Assembly (NCBI GenBank): GCA_963768425.1
Contig: CAVYHV010000014.1
Location: 224,001-288,000 of the forward strand
Direction of reading: 5' to 3'
Origin: Candidatus Bathyarchaeota archaeon
GTDB taxonomy: Archaea; Thermoproteota; Bathyarchaeia; Bathyarchaeales; Bathycorpusculaceae
DNA: 64,000 bases
Positions 42,018-52,691 of the stretch are shown piece by piece. Under the pieces are notes generated by a model. It ran no database searches and was not told where the DNA came from. It saw only the letters and a list, made by a program, of their open reading frames with translations. The translations under genes and the position numbers were made by a program. The stretch's first letter is position 1. Each line of letters opens with the position of its first letter.

Positions 42018-44697
42018 TTATGGGTGTTTTCTTGTGACTAGGACTGCGACTATGGCGATGCCTACGATGAAGACAATGATCATTGCGACGACTGCGTACA
42101 TGACTGTTGTGTTTGAGGCTAAGCCGCTAAGAGGCGTTGCTGTTGGTGCTGCTGTTGCTGCTGGTGAGCTAGGCATAGAATCCTGTGGAGGAAGTGGATC
42201 CAAAGTACGATTGTGTGCCTGCGAACACTGCGTAGATGGTGTAGTTGCCGGCTATGTCTGGTTTCCATGTGAATGAGTAGTCGCCCAAGCCATTTGTTGT
42301 TGTTGAGCCGATTGTTCGGTAGTTGCCGTTGGAATCTATGACCGCGAAAGTCACTGGAACACCAGTTACGTTGTGTGGCTCCGGCTGCTGCATGTAAACA
42401 GACTCCATAAACTGAGACATGCTTGCGTCAGAAACGCATGGTAAACCGTTGGGGAAGTTTGCTACAACTGCTTCTTGCTGAGAGCCTGCAGAAACATCCA
42501 TGACTGTGCCAGTTATCGTTATCGGTGTGGCTGTTGTCACGCCAATGTCAGGTGCCGAAATGGTAGTTTTACTTGGTCCCATGCCGTAGGCATATATCTG
42601 ATTGTCATAAGCGTTTAGTGTTGTCATGATGCCGTCTGAAATGGCAGGAGCGGTGGTAACGTCAAAAGCGTCTATGCTCCATACAATTTGTCCGTTGGTT
42701 ATGTTCAAAGCCAGTTGTTGCGCACCATGGAATAGCGGCGGACTGTACATGTGACCTTCAGGAACGAATAGCTTACCATCAGCGACTGTACCAACATTGA
42801 AGGTCCACAGAGGTTCTACACCGTATGGTGATTCATACCCACCACTCGGAGTATGATAATGCCAGTTGACAGCTCCGGTTGCAAGGTTAATGGAATAAAC
42901 GTCTCCGCCGTATAGCCATATGTAAATTGTGCCGTTAGCGATAACATCGTTAGCTCCGAGAGAATCGAAAGGATTAGCACTTGGAAGCGTTACAGGCCCC
43001 CAAAGCTCCTTCCCCGTAGTGACACTGTACCCGCTAGCTGATAAGGTAGCCAAAGCCATTTCCACTTCAACGCCGTCTCCTGTCCAGGTGCTGGTGCCTA
43101 TGATTGAACCTATAATTGAGAACGCTGGTTCAGTTCGATTAGTTATCCATAACTGTGCTCCTGTGGCTGCGCTGTAACCTGCTTCAATCTGCCATCCAGG
43201 CTGATAGAACAATGCTGTGACCGATTCCGCTGTGGCTTCAGTCATCAATACCACGCCACTTGCAATTGCGTAGATGCCAAGTCCATATAGACCGTTTGCG
43301 TAGTCAATGAGCGGCGAACCCGAAAGCGTTGCTGCTAATGGGGCTGACCATTGTATGCCTAAGCTGAAGTCAATGACTGCATCCTGTGGGGGTCGCCACA
43401 TCCAGTTATCTGCTACTGGTGGACCGCCATAGGAGTTGGGAACTGCAAGGTTGATGCATCTAGTAGAGTTCCACATATCCAGCGTATTGTCGGTGCCGTT
43501 GACGTAGTAACCTATCAGATCTCCTCGCTCATCAGTCGTAAGTGGTATGCCATACCCGCTAGATGTTGAAGGAGTGTTGGAAATGGTCAGAATATAGTTG
43601 CCTGTCATGGCGTCCCACATCTCTAAAGAATTGCCCAGACTGGCTCCTAGATTTTCATACTCGACTGGTGAGCCAAGAGGTTGGCTCCAAAGGTATGCGA
43701 GGGCTCCGTACTGGTTTGGCACGACCATGTTGAGTATTTGACCGCATCTTAATACTTCGGTGGTGTTTTTGGTCCATAATGTTTGTCCGGTGCTTAAGTC
43801 AACAGCAGCCCAACCCGCCGGATTAGCTGCGCTACCTGGATATATCGTGTAATATAGGATGCCGTTCATGATTATTGGTGCAAATTTGGGTTCATATTGC
43901 GAGGTTGCGTAGAAGTTGGCGCTTTCGCCGCCCCCGAATTCTCCGCCGATTGTGCCTCCGAAAGCCTCAGGTTTTGTCCACAAGATATGTGCAGTGTTAG
44001 GCGCGGTGGTATAAGGGTTGTAGTTGCCGGTAGTGTTGTACATTCCAGTGTTGGCGAATGCTGATTGTCCAGTTCCTAGCCAGTTTCCGGCGATAGAGTA
44101 CCAATTGCTGTTCATAGCGTAAATTGGGCGCGTCCAGTAGGTTGCCGGAAGAGGAGTTACGGGCGCACCGCCTATCGGTTGCTGTTGAACTGTGACTGTA
44201 AATTTGTTGCTGGAGCTTGGCTGATAGTAGTCGCCTATGAAAACGTTCGCGAAAGGTCCCGAAGATGGAGTCCCTGGAGGGAGATTGTTGCCAGCGAGTG
44301 TTTCGCCACCAAAGGACATCTGGAAAGTGTAGTTACCGGTTGTCGATGGTACAAAGGTTGTTACTGTTCCGCCAGTCGCATCGGACGTAAAAGACCCTAA
44401 TGTTGAAGTTGTTCCATCAGGCTTTGTGACTGTAACTGTTAGGTTTTGCCATCTGTCACCGTACTGACCACTCGCAGTAGGTGGTGGTTGATTGACCCAG
44501 AAGTTAACATTAACTTTTTGTCCGACACCGATTGGATTTGGTGAAACGCTTATGAAAGAATAGGTTACGATATTCCAAGCAGGCGTATGTGCATTGGCGC
44601 TCGGCAAAAGTAGGGTTGATGCCCCCATCGAAATCATCAGTAATATAGCAATCGAAATAGCTCTTGCTTTATGTAAAAACTTCATTTTATTCATCAT
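42018..44697 (-). CDS. Secreted, membrane-anchored PQQ-like beta-propeller protein (frameshift near 42180)
   Basis: Signal peptide, repeated TG..LW/W blades, Ig-like C-terminal region, TM helix ending RKHP. Confidence 0.88.
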
Positions 44698-44817
44698 CCT
44701 TTTATTGCTTTTGTTAGCGAATAAAATATGATGTTTCACCTTATAAGTGAATTACAGAAAACGAAATACATCATAAAAAATTTAGTTCTAATGTTAAAAA
44801 AACAAGTAATCGCCCAT

Positions 44818-45306
44818 CTACCGATCACATGTTAGAGTGAAGTAAGGGTTTTCTTCTGCGTCGAAATTAAACTCTGATGGAATCGACCACTCTCTGTTCG
44901 TAAACAATAATACATCTATGTTTAGGATTCCGCGAAGGTTTTGGAGATAATGAATAATTTCGTGGAATTCTTCATAACTCTCAAGATAAGCCTCGATGTA
45001 AAATTCATAATCTCCCCACATTTCTCCAATAAGAAAAGCATACGGAGCATCTACAAGCTGACTCTTAAGGACTGCACAGGTTGACTCATTATTAATCTTG
45101 ATAAGCAGACCACAAAGCTCTTGAAAACCACAAGCTCGAAAATCTAAGACTACGGTTGAGTGCAAGATAACGCCATCATCTTGCAGTTTCTTAAACCTTC
45201 GGAAAACAGAATCAACCCCGATACCCAACTTTTTGGCAATTTTCACAAAAGGCATCCGAGCATCCTTTGAGAGAATACTAAGTATTTCAAAGTCTATATT
45301 ATCCAA
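44818..45306 (-). CDS. Lrp/AsnC family regulator B1
   Basis: LSKDARMPFVKIAKKLG...RFKKLQDDGVI HTH followed by a RAM domain. Confidence 0.92.
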   Translation of the reverse strand: MDNIDFEILSILSKDARMPFVKIAKKLGIGVDSVFRRFKKLQDDGVILHSTVVLDFRACGFQELCGLLIKINNESTCAVLKSQLVDAPYAFLIGEMWGDYEFYIEAYLESYEEFHEIIHYLQNLRGILNIDVLLFTNREWSIPSEFNFDAEENPYFTLTCDR

Positions 45307-45787
45307 AAGGTTTATCCTCCTTAAGTAGATGAGCGTTGAGCGACTTATAGTTATAATAAAACGTCCTCTTTACACTAATCCTGACGTCAAGCACAGCAGG
45401 ATGTTGCTTTATCAATTCCTTGAATTTGTGTACATCAATCAAGTTTTTGGCATCCATGATTGCAAGCATATTGTATTGACCAACGGTCCTGTAGCTTACA
45501 ATCAAAGTGTCTTTGATTCTTAACCCATTGACGTATGTCGCAACTTCCTCAAGTCTCGAATCAACAACTCTTATTTCAAATCCAGCTGAATGAGGAAAAC
45601 CTATTTTTGAATAATCTAGCACAAGCGTAGAACCCTTGATTATTCCCTTTCTCACCATTTTAGTATAACGTGCTTGAACAACCCCCGGCTTTGCATTTAT
45701 TATTTTAGCAATGTCCGAAAAAGTCATTCTTGCATCTTTTTGCAACTCAAATATTATTTTGCAATCCAAAGAGTCAAGGCGAGACAG
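45299..45787 (-). CDS. Lrp/AsnC family regulator A1 (probable CTG start)
   Basis: LDSLDCKIIFELQKDARMTFSDIA...GIIKG; GQYNM. Confidence 0.9.
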   Translation of the reverse strand: MSRLDSLDCKIIFELQKDARMTFSDIAKIINAKPGVVQARYTKMVRKGIIKGSTLVLDYSKIGFPHSAGFEIRVVDSRLEEVATYVNGLRIKDTLIVSYRTVGQYNMLAIMDAKNLIDVHKFKELIKQHPAVLDVRISVKRTFYYNYKSLNAHLLKEDKPFG

Positions 45788-45912
45788 GCAAACAACCCCT
45801 ATTCACTTAATTGTGAGACAGAGTGATGCGCTTACCAATTAATATTCTTGCTGAACCTTAAATTATTAATTTAGCCAAAGCTTGCAAAAATAGGTCACTC
45901 TTTTGTTTCTGT

Positions 45913-46035
45913 GGTTTTGCTGAGGCTCCGGAAACTAAGGAAGAAAAGTTTTTTCTTTAGGAGAAAAAAGAAAAATGCAAACTCTTCAATTGCAGCTATT
46001 TCGAATGTAACCAGAGCCTTCTCAGCCACCATTTT
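45913..46035 (-). repeat. Conserved fold-back element, copy 2
   Basis: GCTGAG-GCTCCGG...CCAGAGC-CTT-CTCAGC. Confidence 0.85.
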
Positions 46036-46092
46036 AGGCATCTTCAAATTTAGACTAAAAAAGGGAGGGAAAATAGTTCCCATTGTTTCACT

Positions 46093-48765
46093 TTAAGGGT
46101 GTTTTCTGGTGACGAGCATTGCAATTAGGGCGATGCCTACGATGAAGACAATGATCATTGCGACGACTGAGTACATGACTGTGGTGTTTGACGCTAAGCC
46201 GCTGAGTGGTGTTGCTGTCGGTGCTGCTGTTGCTGAAGGCGCATTAGCGAGGAAAGCTGTTTGGGCGGATGAGCCGTAATATGACGATGTGCCTGCGAAT
46301 GTGGCGGTGACAGTGTAGTTGCCGGCTATGTCAGGCTTCCAATTGAGGCTGAAGAAGCCGCTTGCGTCTGTTTTGGTTGTGCCGATTGCTCTGTAGTTGT
46401 TGTTGCTGTCTAAGACGTAGAGTGTGACTGGAACTCCGGTTATGTTGGTAGGCATTGGTTGTTGCTCGTAAACGGCTTCCATGAACTGCGTCATACTTGC
46501 GTCGGATACGCATGGTAGGCCGTTGGGGAAGTTTGCTGCAACTGCTTCTTGGCTTGCGCCTGCTGAGATGTCAGTAATTGTGCCGTCAAGAACTATTGGT
46601 GCTCCAACCGTGGTAACAGGGGTCGGTGCCGTGACCGTGGTTTTGCTTGGCCCCATTCCCCATGCGTATACCTGGTTGTCGTAAGCGTTTAGAGTAGTCA
46701 TGATGCCGTCTGAAATAGCAGGTGCACTAGTAACGTCGAAAGCGTCAATGCTCCATACAACTTGCCCGTTGGTTATGTTCAAAGCCAGTTGTTGCGCACC
46801 ATGGAATAGCGGCGGACTGTACATGTGACCTTCAGGAACGAATAGCTTACCATCAGCGACTGTACCAACGTTAAATGTCCAAATAGGTTCTACGCCATAG
46901 GGCGATTCATAACCGCCACTTGGAGTGTGATAATGCCAGTTTACAGTTCCAGTTGCAATATTGATGGAATAGACGTCTCCGCCATATAGCCATATGTAAA
47001 TTGTGCCGTTAGCAATGACATCGTTAGCTCCGAGAGAGTCAAAAGGATTAGCACTTGGAAGCGTTACAGGCCCCCAAAGCTCCTTCCCCGTAGTGACACT
47101 GTACCCGCTAGCTGATAAGGTAGCCAAAGCCATTTCCACTTCAACGCCATCTCCCATCCAGTTGCTTGTGCCTACGATTGAGCCTATAATTGACCACGCT
47201 GGCTCTGTTCGATTAGTTATCCATAACTGTGCTCCTGTGGCTGCGCTGTAACCTGCCTCAATCATCCATCCCGGCTGATAGAGTGTGCTGTACCATTCCA
47301 CTGTAATTTCAGTCATCAGTATCACACCGCTTGCAATTGCGTAGATGCCAAGTCCATATAGACCGTTTGCGTAGTCAATGAGCGGCGAACCCGAAAGGGT
47401 GGTTGCAAGTGGGGCTGACCATTGTATGCCTAAGCTGAAGTCGATGACTGCGTCCTGTGGGGGTCGCCACATCCAGTTATCTGCTACCGGTGGACCGCCA
47501 GCAGAGTTGGGAGTTGCAAGGTTGATGCATCTAGTAGAGTTCCACATATTCAGCGTGTTATCGGTGGAGTTGACGTAGTAGCCGATCAAATTACCGTGAT
47601 CATCTTCCGTAAGCGCCGAACCACCAAGAGCCGAACCAAGTCCTGATGGAATGTCATTAATCGTAAGGATATAGTTGCCTGTCATGGCGTCCCACATCTC
47701 TAAAGAATTGACTGAACTCACTCCTAGAGGTCCCCATTCTACTGAGTTGCCAAGAGGTTGGCTCCACAGGTATGCGAGGGCTCCGTACTGATTAGGTATG
47801 ACTATGTCTAAGTATTTGACCACATCGTAGTACCTCAGTAGTGTTTTTAGTCCATAGTGTCTGTCCGGTGCTTAAGTCAACAGCAGCCCAACCCGCCGGA
47901 TTAGCTGCGCTTCCCGGATATATTGTATAATAAAGTATGCCGTTCATGATTATTGGTGCAAATTTGGGTTCATATTGCGAGGTTGCATAGAAGTTGGCGC
48001 TTTCGCTGCCCCCGAATTCCCCTCCGATTGTACCGCCGAAAGCCTCAGGTTTTGTCCACAAGATATGTGCAGAGTTGGGCGCAGTGGTATACGGGTTATA
48101 ATTACCAGTATCATTGTACATTCCAGTATTGGCGAACGACGATTGTCCAGTACCCAGCCAATTTCCTGCGATGGAGTACCAATTGCTGTTTTCAGCGCAT
48201 ATTGGTCGTGTCCAGTAGGTTGTCGGAAGAGGAGTTACGGGTGCACCGCCTATTGGTTGTTGTTGAACTGTAAGTGTAAATTTGTTGCCTAGAGCTTGGC
48301 TCATAGTAGTCACCGATGAAAACATTAGCGCCCAGGTCCAGATGTGGGAGTTCCAGGAGGCAAATTGTTGCCCGCAACGGTTTGTCCGCCAAAGAACATT
48401 TGAAAAGTGTAATTGCCTGCGGTTGAAGGTGTGAAGGTGGTTACTGTCCCGCCGGTTGCGTCGGATGTGAAGGATCCTAATGTTGAAGTTGTTCCGTCAG
48501 GTTTTGTGACTGCGACTGTTAGGTTTTGCCATCGGTCACCGTACTGAGCACTAGCTGTGGGTGGTGGTTGATTGACCCAGAAGTTAACATCAACTTTTTG
48601 TCCGACACCGATTGGATTGGGTGAAACGCTGATGAAAGAATAGGTCTGAATGTTCAATGCAGGTGTATGTGCATTAGCGCTCGGTAACAGCAGTGTTGGT
48701 GTTCCCATCGAAATTATTAACAAGACCGCAATCGAAATAGCTATTGTCTTATGTAAAATCTTCAT
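46093..48765 (-). CDS. Second PQQ-like beta-propeller paralogue (frameshifts near 48300-48330 and 47810)
   Basis: Three ORF pieces colinear with the 42018-44697 protein. Confidence 0.85.
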
Positions 48766-48900
48766 TTTTTTCACAATCCTTTTTTGACAAGTAAGGTAAA
48801 CTATGACGTTTACCCTTATAAGCCTCCAAAAAAATGCGGAATATGACATAATAATGGCTATTGGAGTGTCAAAAATAAGGCGCAAAAGACCTCTGCAAAA

Positions 48901-49386
48901 TTATTCGTGAGTTTGGGTAAAGTAGGGAGCATCTTTCACATAAAAACAAGGGTCTGATGGAATTGGCAATTCTCTGCTAGTAAACAGCATTGTATCTATA
49001 TTCAAGACTCCTGTGATGTTTTGAAGATAACGAATGAGTTCGAGGAGTTCTGGATAACTCTTAAAATAGGATTCGATATAGAATTCATAGTCTCCCCACA
49101 TTTCCGCAATGAGAAAAGCGTTAGGGGCAGTCCGGAGCTTACTCTTGAGGACTTCTAAGTCGCATTCGTTACTGGTTTTTATGAGAAGACCACAGAGCCC
49201 TTCAAAACCGCAAGCTTGAAAATCTAAGACCACGGTTGAAAACAAGATAACACCGTCATCTTGCAGTTTCTTAAACCTTCGGCAAACGGAATCCTCTCCA
49301 ATCCCCAGCTTCTTCGCAATTTTTACGAATGGCGTCCTGGCGTCTTTTGAAAGAATGCTAAGCATTTCAAGGTCTGTTTTGTCCAA
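48901..49386 (-). CDS. Lrp/AsnC family regulator B2
   Basis: Paralogue of 44818-45306; AAGGAG upstream of TTG. Confidence 0.92.
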   Translation of the reverse strand: MDKTDLEMLSILSKDARTPFVKIAKKLGIGEDSVCRRFKKLQDDGVILFSTVVLDFQACGFEGLCGLLIKTSNECDLEVLKSKLRTAPNAFLIAEMWGDYEFYIESYFKSYPELLELIRYLQNITGVLNIDTMLFTSRELPIPSDPCFYVKDAPYFTQTHE

Positions 49387-49867
49387 TAGGTTTGTTCTCC
49401 TTAAGTAGTTGAAGATTGAGCGAATCATAGTTATAATAAAACGCTCTCATCACACTGATTCTGACTTCAAGAACCGCAGGATGTTGTTTTATCATTTCCT
49501 TGAATTTATGCACATCAATCAAGTTCCTCGCATCCATGACGGCGAGCATATTAAATCGACCCAAAGTCTTGAATTTGACGATTAGAGTATCCTCGATCTT
49601 TAAGCCACCTATGTATCTGTCAAATTCTTCAATTTTGGAGTCAACAACTTTTATTTCCAGCCCAGCGGAATAGGGAAAGCCTATTTTAGAATAATCTAAG
49701 GCAAGCGTGGACCCTTTGATTATGCCTCTTTTTACCATCTTGTTATACCGCATCTGCACAACCCCACGCTTTGCGTTCACTGCTATAGCAATATCAGAAA
49801 ATGTCATCCGCGCATCTTTTTGTAGCTCAAGTATTATTTTGCAATCCAAAGAGTCTAGTTGAGGCAG
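49367..49867 (-). CDS. Lrp/AsnC family regulator A2 (probable CTG start)
   Basis: Paralogue of 45299-45787. Confidence 0.9.
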   Translation of the reverse strand: MPQLDSLDCKIILELQKDARMTFSDIAIAVNAKRGVVQMRYNKMVKRGIIKGSTLALDYSKIGFPYSAGLEIKVVDSKIEEFDRYIGGLKIEDTLIVKFKTLGRFNMLAVMDARNLIDVHKFKEMIKQHPAVLEVRISVMRAFYYNYDSLNLQLLKENKPIGQNRP

Positions 49868-50190
49868 ACAAACAGCCCCTATCCGTTATTTAAGAAGCAA
49901 TCTAATGCATTCACCTGTTAATATTCTTGCTGAACTTCTGATCGTGCGCCGACCACAGTTTCCAGCAGATGATAAGGCTTAACGCTTTTGAACATCGTAT
50001 ACATTTATCTTATGTCATTTTTCGCCTTTTGGAGTCGGGATTGGCGAAAAACTTAAGTTGTGAGCTAAAAAGATAAGCCAGACATCAGGGGGAACATTGC
50101 AGACGATAGATAAAGACTGCAGTTGTTGGAGATAAAGTTAGAACAAGAAGGGCTAGAAGGCTCTTTTTGATTTAGTTCAAAGAAGAACAA

Positions 50191-51393
50191 GTGGGACATC
50201 TGGGGATTGCGAAACAAGTGACAAAACAGTCAGAATTCCGTAAACTTGCCGCAAATATTACTGGACTTGACAGAGATGTCAAACTCATTGTTGCTTCGTA
50301 TCTTGTGTTCTATTTTGGAGACTGCCTTCTACATTTTCACTTTACCAGTTTATCTCAGACAATTGAGTGCAACCTCCTTGGAAGTTGGCGTATTCTATGC
50401 CTTGGATTGGCTAAGCAGCGGCGTTTCAATTCTTCTAGGCGGATACTTAATCACGAGAGTGGGAATCAAGAAAATCTTGATCATGAGCTCCTTGGTTTGG
50501 TTGCCCATGCCGCTTGCACTAGCATTTGCCTCTAACTGGACGCAAGTAGTTCTGCCGACGATCCTATACGGGACCTATCTGGGTTTCTCAGCAGTCTGTT
50601 TCTATCTCATAAAGGGTACAGTGAAGGGTGGGCGCATGTTAGCCTTCGGGCTATGGTCTTCATCGCAATCCCTCAGTTATATTATTTCTCCGTTAATCGG
50701 TGGAATTATAGCCTCAACGATTAGTAAACAAACTGTATTTCTGTTAGCTTTTGTCTTCTATTCACTATCCATCCTTCCACTCTTCTTAGTCAAGGGTTTG
50801 CATCAAAAAGGAGAGGAGGACTTACCTGCTGAGAAGGCACAGATGTTCCCAAAAATGGCACAAAAGTTTTTTTGCTGTCGATAGTCGTCTGCCTGGCTAT
50901 GTTTTTTCTCTGGACGATTTACCCCCTAATTCCTCAATTTGAAAACGAAGTATATCACCTAAACATATTCAATCTCGGAATTCTGGGAACGATGACATTT
51001 GCAGGGTGGTTTTTCTTTTCATTCCTGTTGGGGAGAATTGGAGATACAATCTCCCAGATGAAAGCTCTGACAATTGCATTATTTTTGAGTGGTCTATCTT
51101 TCGTTGCTATATTAGCCTTTCACAGCCTTACTTTGCTCGTTTTGGCATCTTTCTTTTCTGGAGCTTCGTATACCGTGCTATATTTGGCACCTGGAATCAT
51201 CGCGACAGCCGCAACCACGCAGTCAATGACAAAGTGGGTTTCCATTAGCCAATCAAGCGTTTGCTTCGCATCTTGCATCGGGGCACTAATTAGCGGAAGA
51301 ATTTATGAAGTCTGGATCTATCTACCATTCTTAATTGCCATCGCTGCCTTGACCACTCTGGCAATCATCACGATGAAAATCAGCGCGTGCTAA
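50191..51393 (+). CDS. MFS transporter (two apparent frameshifts)
   Basis: GGYLITRVGIKK and GRIGDTI loop motifs; about 12 TM segments over three frames. Confidence 0.75.
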
Positions 51394-51511
51394 CAAGTAA
51401 TAAAGAGGTCGCAATAGTCTCAAGCATATTCGTCGTTAGCGGGCGCCGGTGTTTGAATGGCCCAAGGTTCAAATCTGCTCCTCATGTCATTAGTTGGAAA
51501 ATCTGCAACTA

Positions 51512-51718
51512 TTAAGCCGTATAAAACGTTTGCGTCGAAGAGTCCTGTATTTCAAAAGGCATAGATTTGGTGACGCGAAGAATACATGCAGAAGGACCAG
51601 TCGTAACGTAAACAATTTCGACATCTGGTAATTCGGTCTTTATTAATTCCCTGATTTTATCGAAGTCTTTTTGGTTCGCTTTAAATATGATTGCTCCCGG
51701 CCTGATTTTTTTGTACAA
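51512..51718 (-). CDS. Small hypothetical protein (start uncertain)
   Basis: 68-aa ORF with protein-like composition. Confidence 0.5.
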   Translation of the reverse strand: MYKKIRPGAIIFKANQKDFDKIRELIKTELPDVEIVYVTTGPSACILRVTKSMPFEIQDSSTQTFYTA

Positions 51719-52000
51719 ACAGCTTTTGAAGTTGAAGGGGCATTTGGCTTTACAGCTTCCATATGATTGAAGCTTTTCTCATTCTCAATCAACATCTTTC
51801 TTCCCAACCTGTCGCATTCTTTTCTATTTCATTGCAGGGTTTGCTGAGGCTCTGTACACATGCTGTAACGTGGAAAAGGATTTGCTCCTTCTCTTTGTTA
51901 CAAGCACACACAGTGTGCGCTTGTTGTATGTGTGTAGGTGCATAGGTATGTCTGGTTGTGTTTGGTTTTAGTGGTAGTTAGTTGTGTTGGGTTGGTTGGA

Positions 52001-52156
52001 TTAAAATTTAGTCCTTTGACGGCTAGCTTCAGTTTCCTCTTGTTGAAGGACATAGCGACCGAAGCAAACACGGCAGTAACCTGACTTGTTTTCTCTTGAA
52101 AGCTTTGTGCCGCAGCCTCCTTTGCAAAATCTTTTGCTTAGAATTTTCTGAGCCAT
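52001..52156 (-). CDS. Small Zn-finger protein (51 aa), translationally coupled to the GNAT
   Basis: MAQKILSKRFCKGGCGTKLSRENKSGYCRVC...; TAATG overlap with the GNAT stop. Confidence 0.7.
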   Translation of the reverse strand: MAQKILSKRFCKGGCGTKLSRENKSGYCRVCFGRYVLQQEETEASRQRTKF

Positions 52157-52691
52157 TAGGCTATCCTCTTTGGAGTATATTGTAGGGTTACTGTTAGGCG
52201 TCTTTTGGCGTTAGAGTTGACGAGTTCACGGTTTATTCGGCTGTCATTTCTTCCGCTGCTGCCATGACCAAACCGCTTAACGCTCCAGCCCTGCATCTTG
52301 CCGTGAATCAACTGTGGGTTTGAAGTCAAGATGTAGAAGGGAAGATCAATTTGGCTGGTGTAGAAGTCAGCCATGAAATTAAGTAGACGTCGACCGACGC
52401 CGATGCCTTGATAATCCGGAAGGACCACGAGGCGACTGACACGATAATAATTTGACCGCATATGCACATGCGCAATAGCTATGAAAGCAATTGGTTTATC
52501 ATCATATTTCGCCGTGTAACAGCGGACTCCGGCGCCAAGCTGCTCCGTGTTTAGATAATGATGTTCCCTAAAGACCTGCCATAAGGATAAATTGCATTTA
52601 TGCACCGATAGATTGAGGGCAGGGTGGGATCGTTTTTTTTTACATCCAAATAATTGAAGAATTCAGAAGAGTCCACGTTATAGACCCAGTC
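52156..52691 (-). CDS. C-terminal end of the ABC ATPase plus GNAT acetyltransferase (in the -1 frame)
   Basis: DWVYNV continuation after the IS; HHYL and RLVVLPDYQGIGVG acetyl-CoA motif. Confidence 0.85.

Noticed and set aside
45895-46096. Small ORFs over the fold-back repeat (also 41777-42004)
   Set aside because: Reading frames are not preserved between the two copies whereas base-pairing is
42018-48765. Diversity-generating retroelement acting on the propellers
   Set aside because: No reverse transcriptase in the window, and the differences include indels and do not look adenine-specific
44818-49867. Lrp pairs as siroheme decarboxylase AhbA/AhbB
   Set aside because: No heme-biosynthesis context and no recognisable HxYxR motif; they look like ordinary Lrp/AsnC regulators
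42018-51393. Frameshifts in the propeller and MFS genes as phase variation
   Set aside because: No long simple-sequence tracts at the breaks and the background indel rate is high; cannot be separated from error without reads
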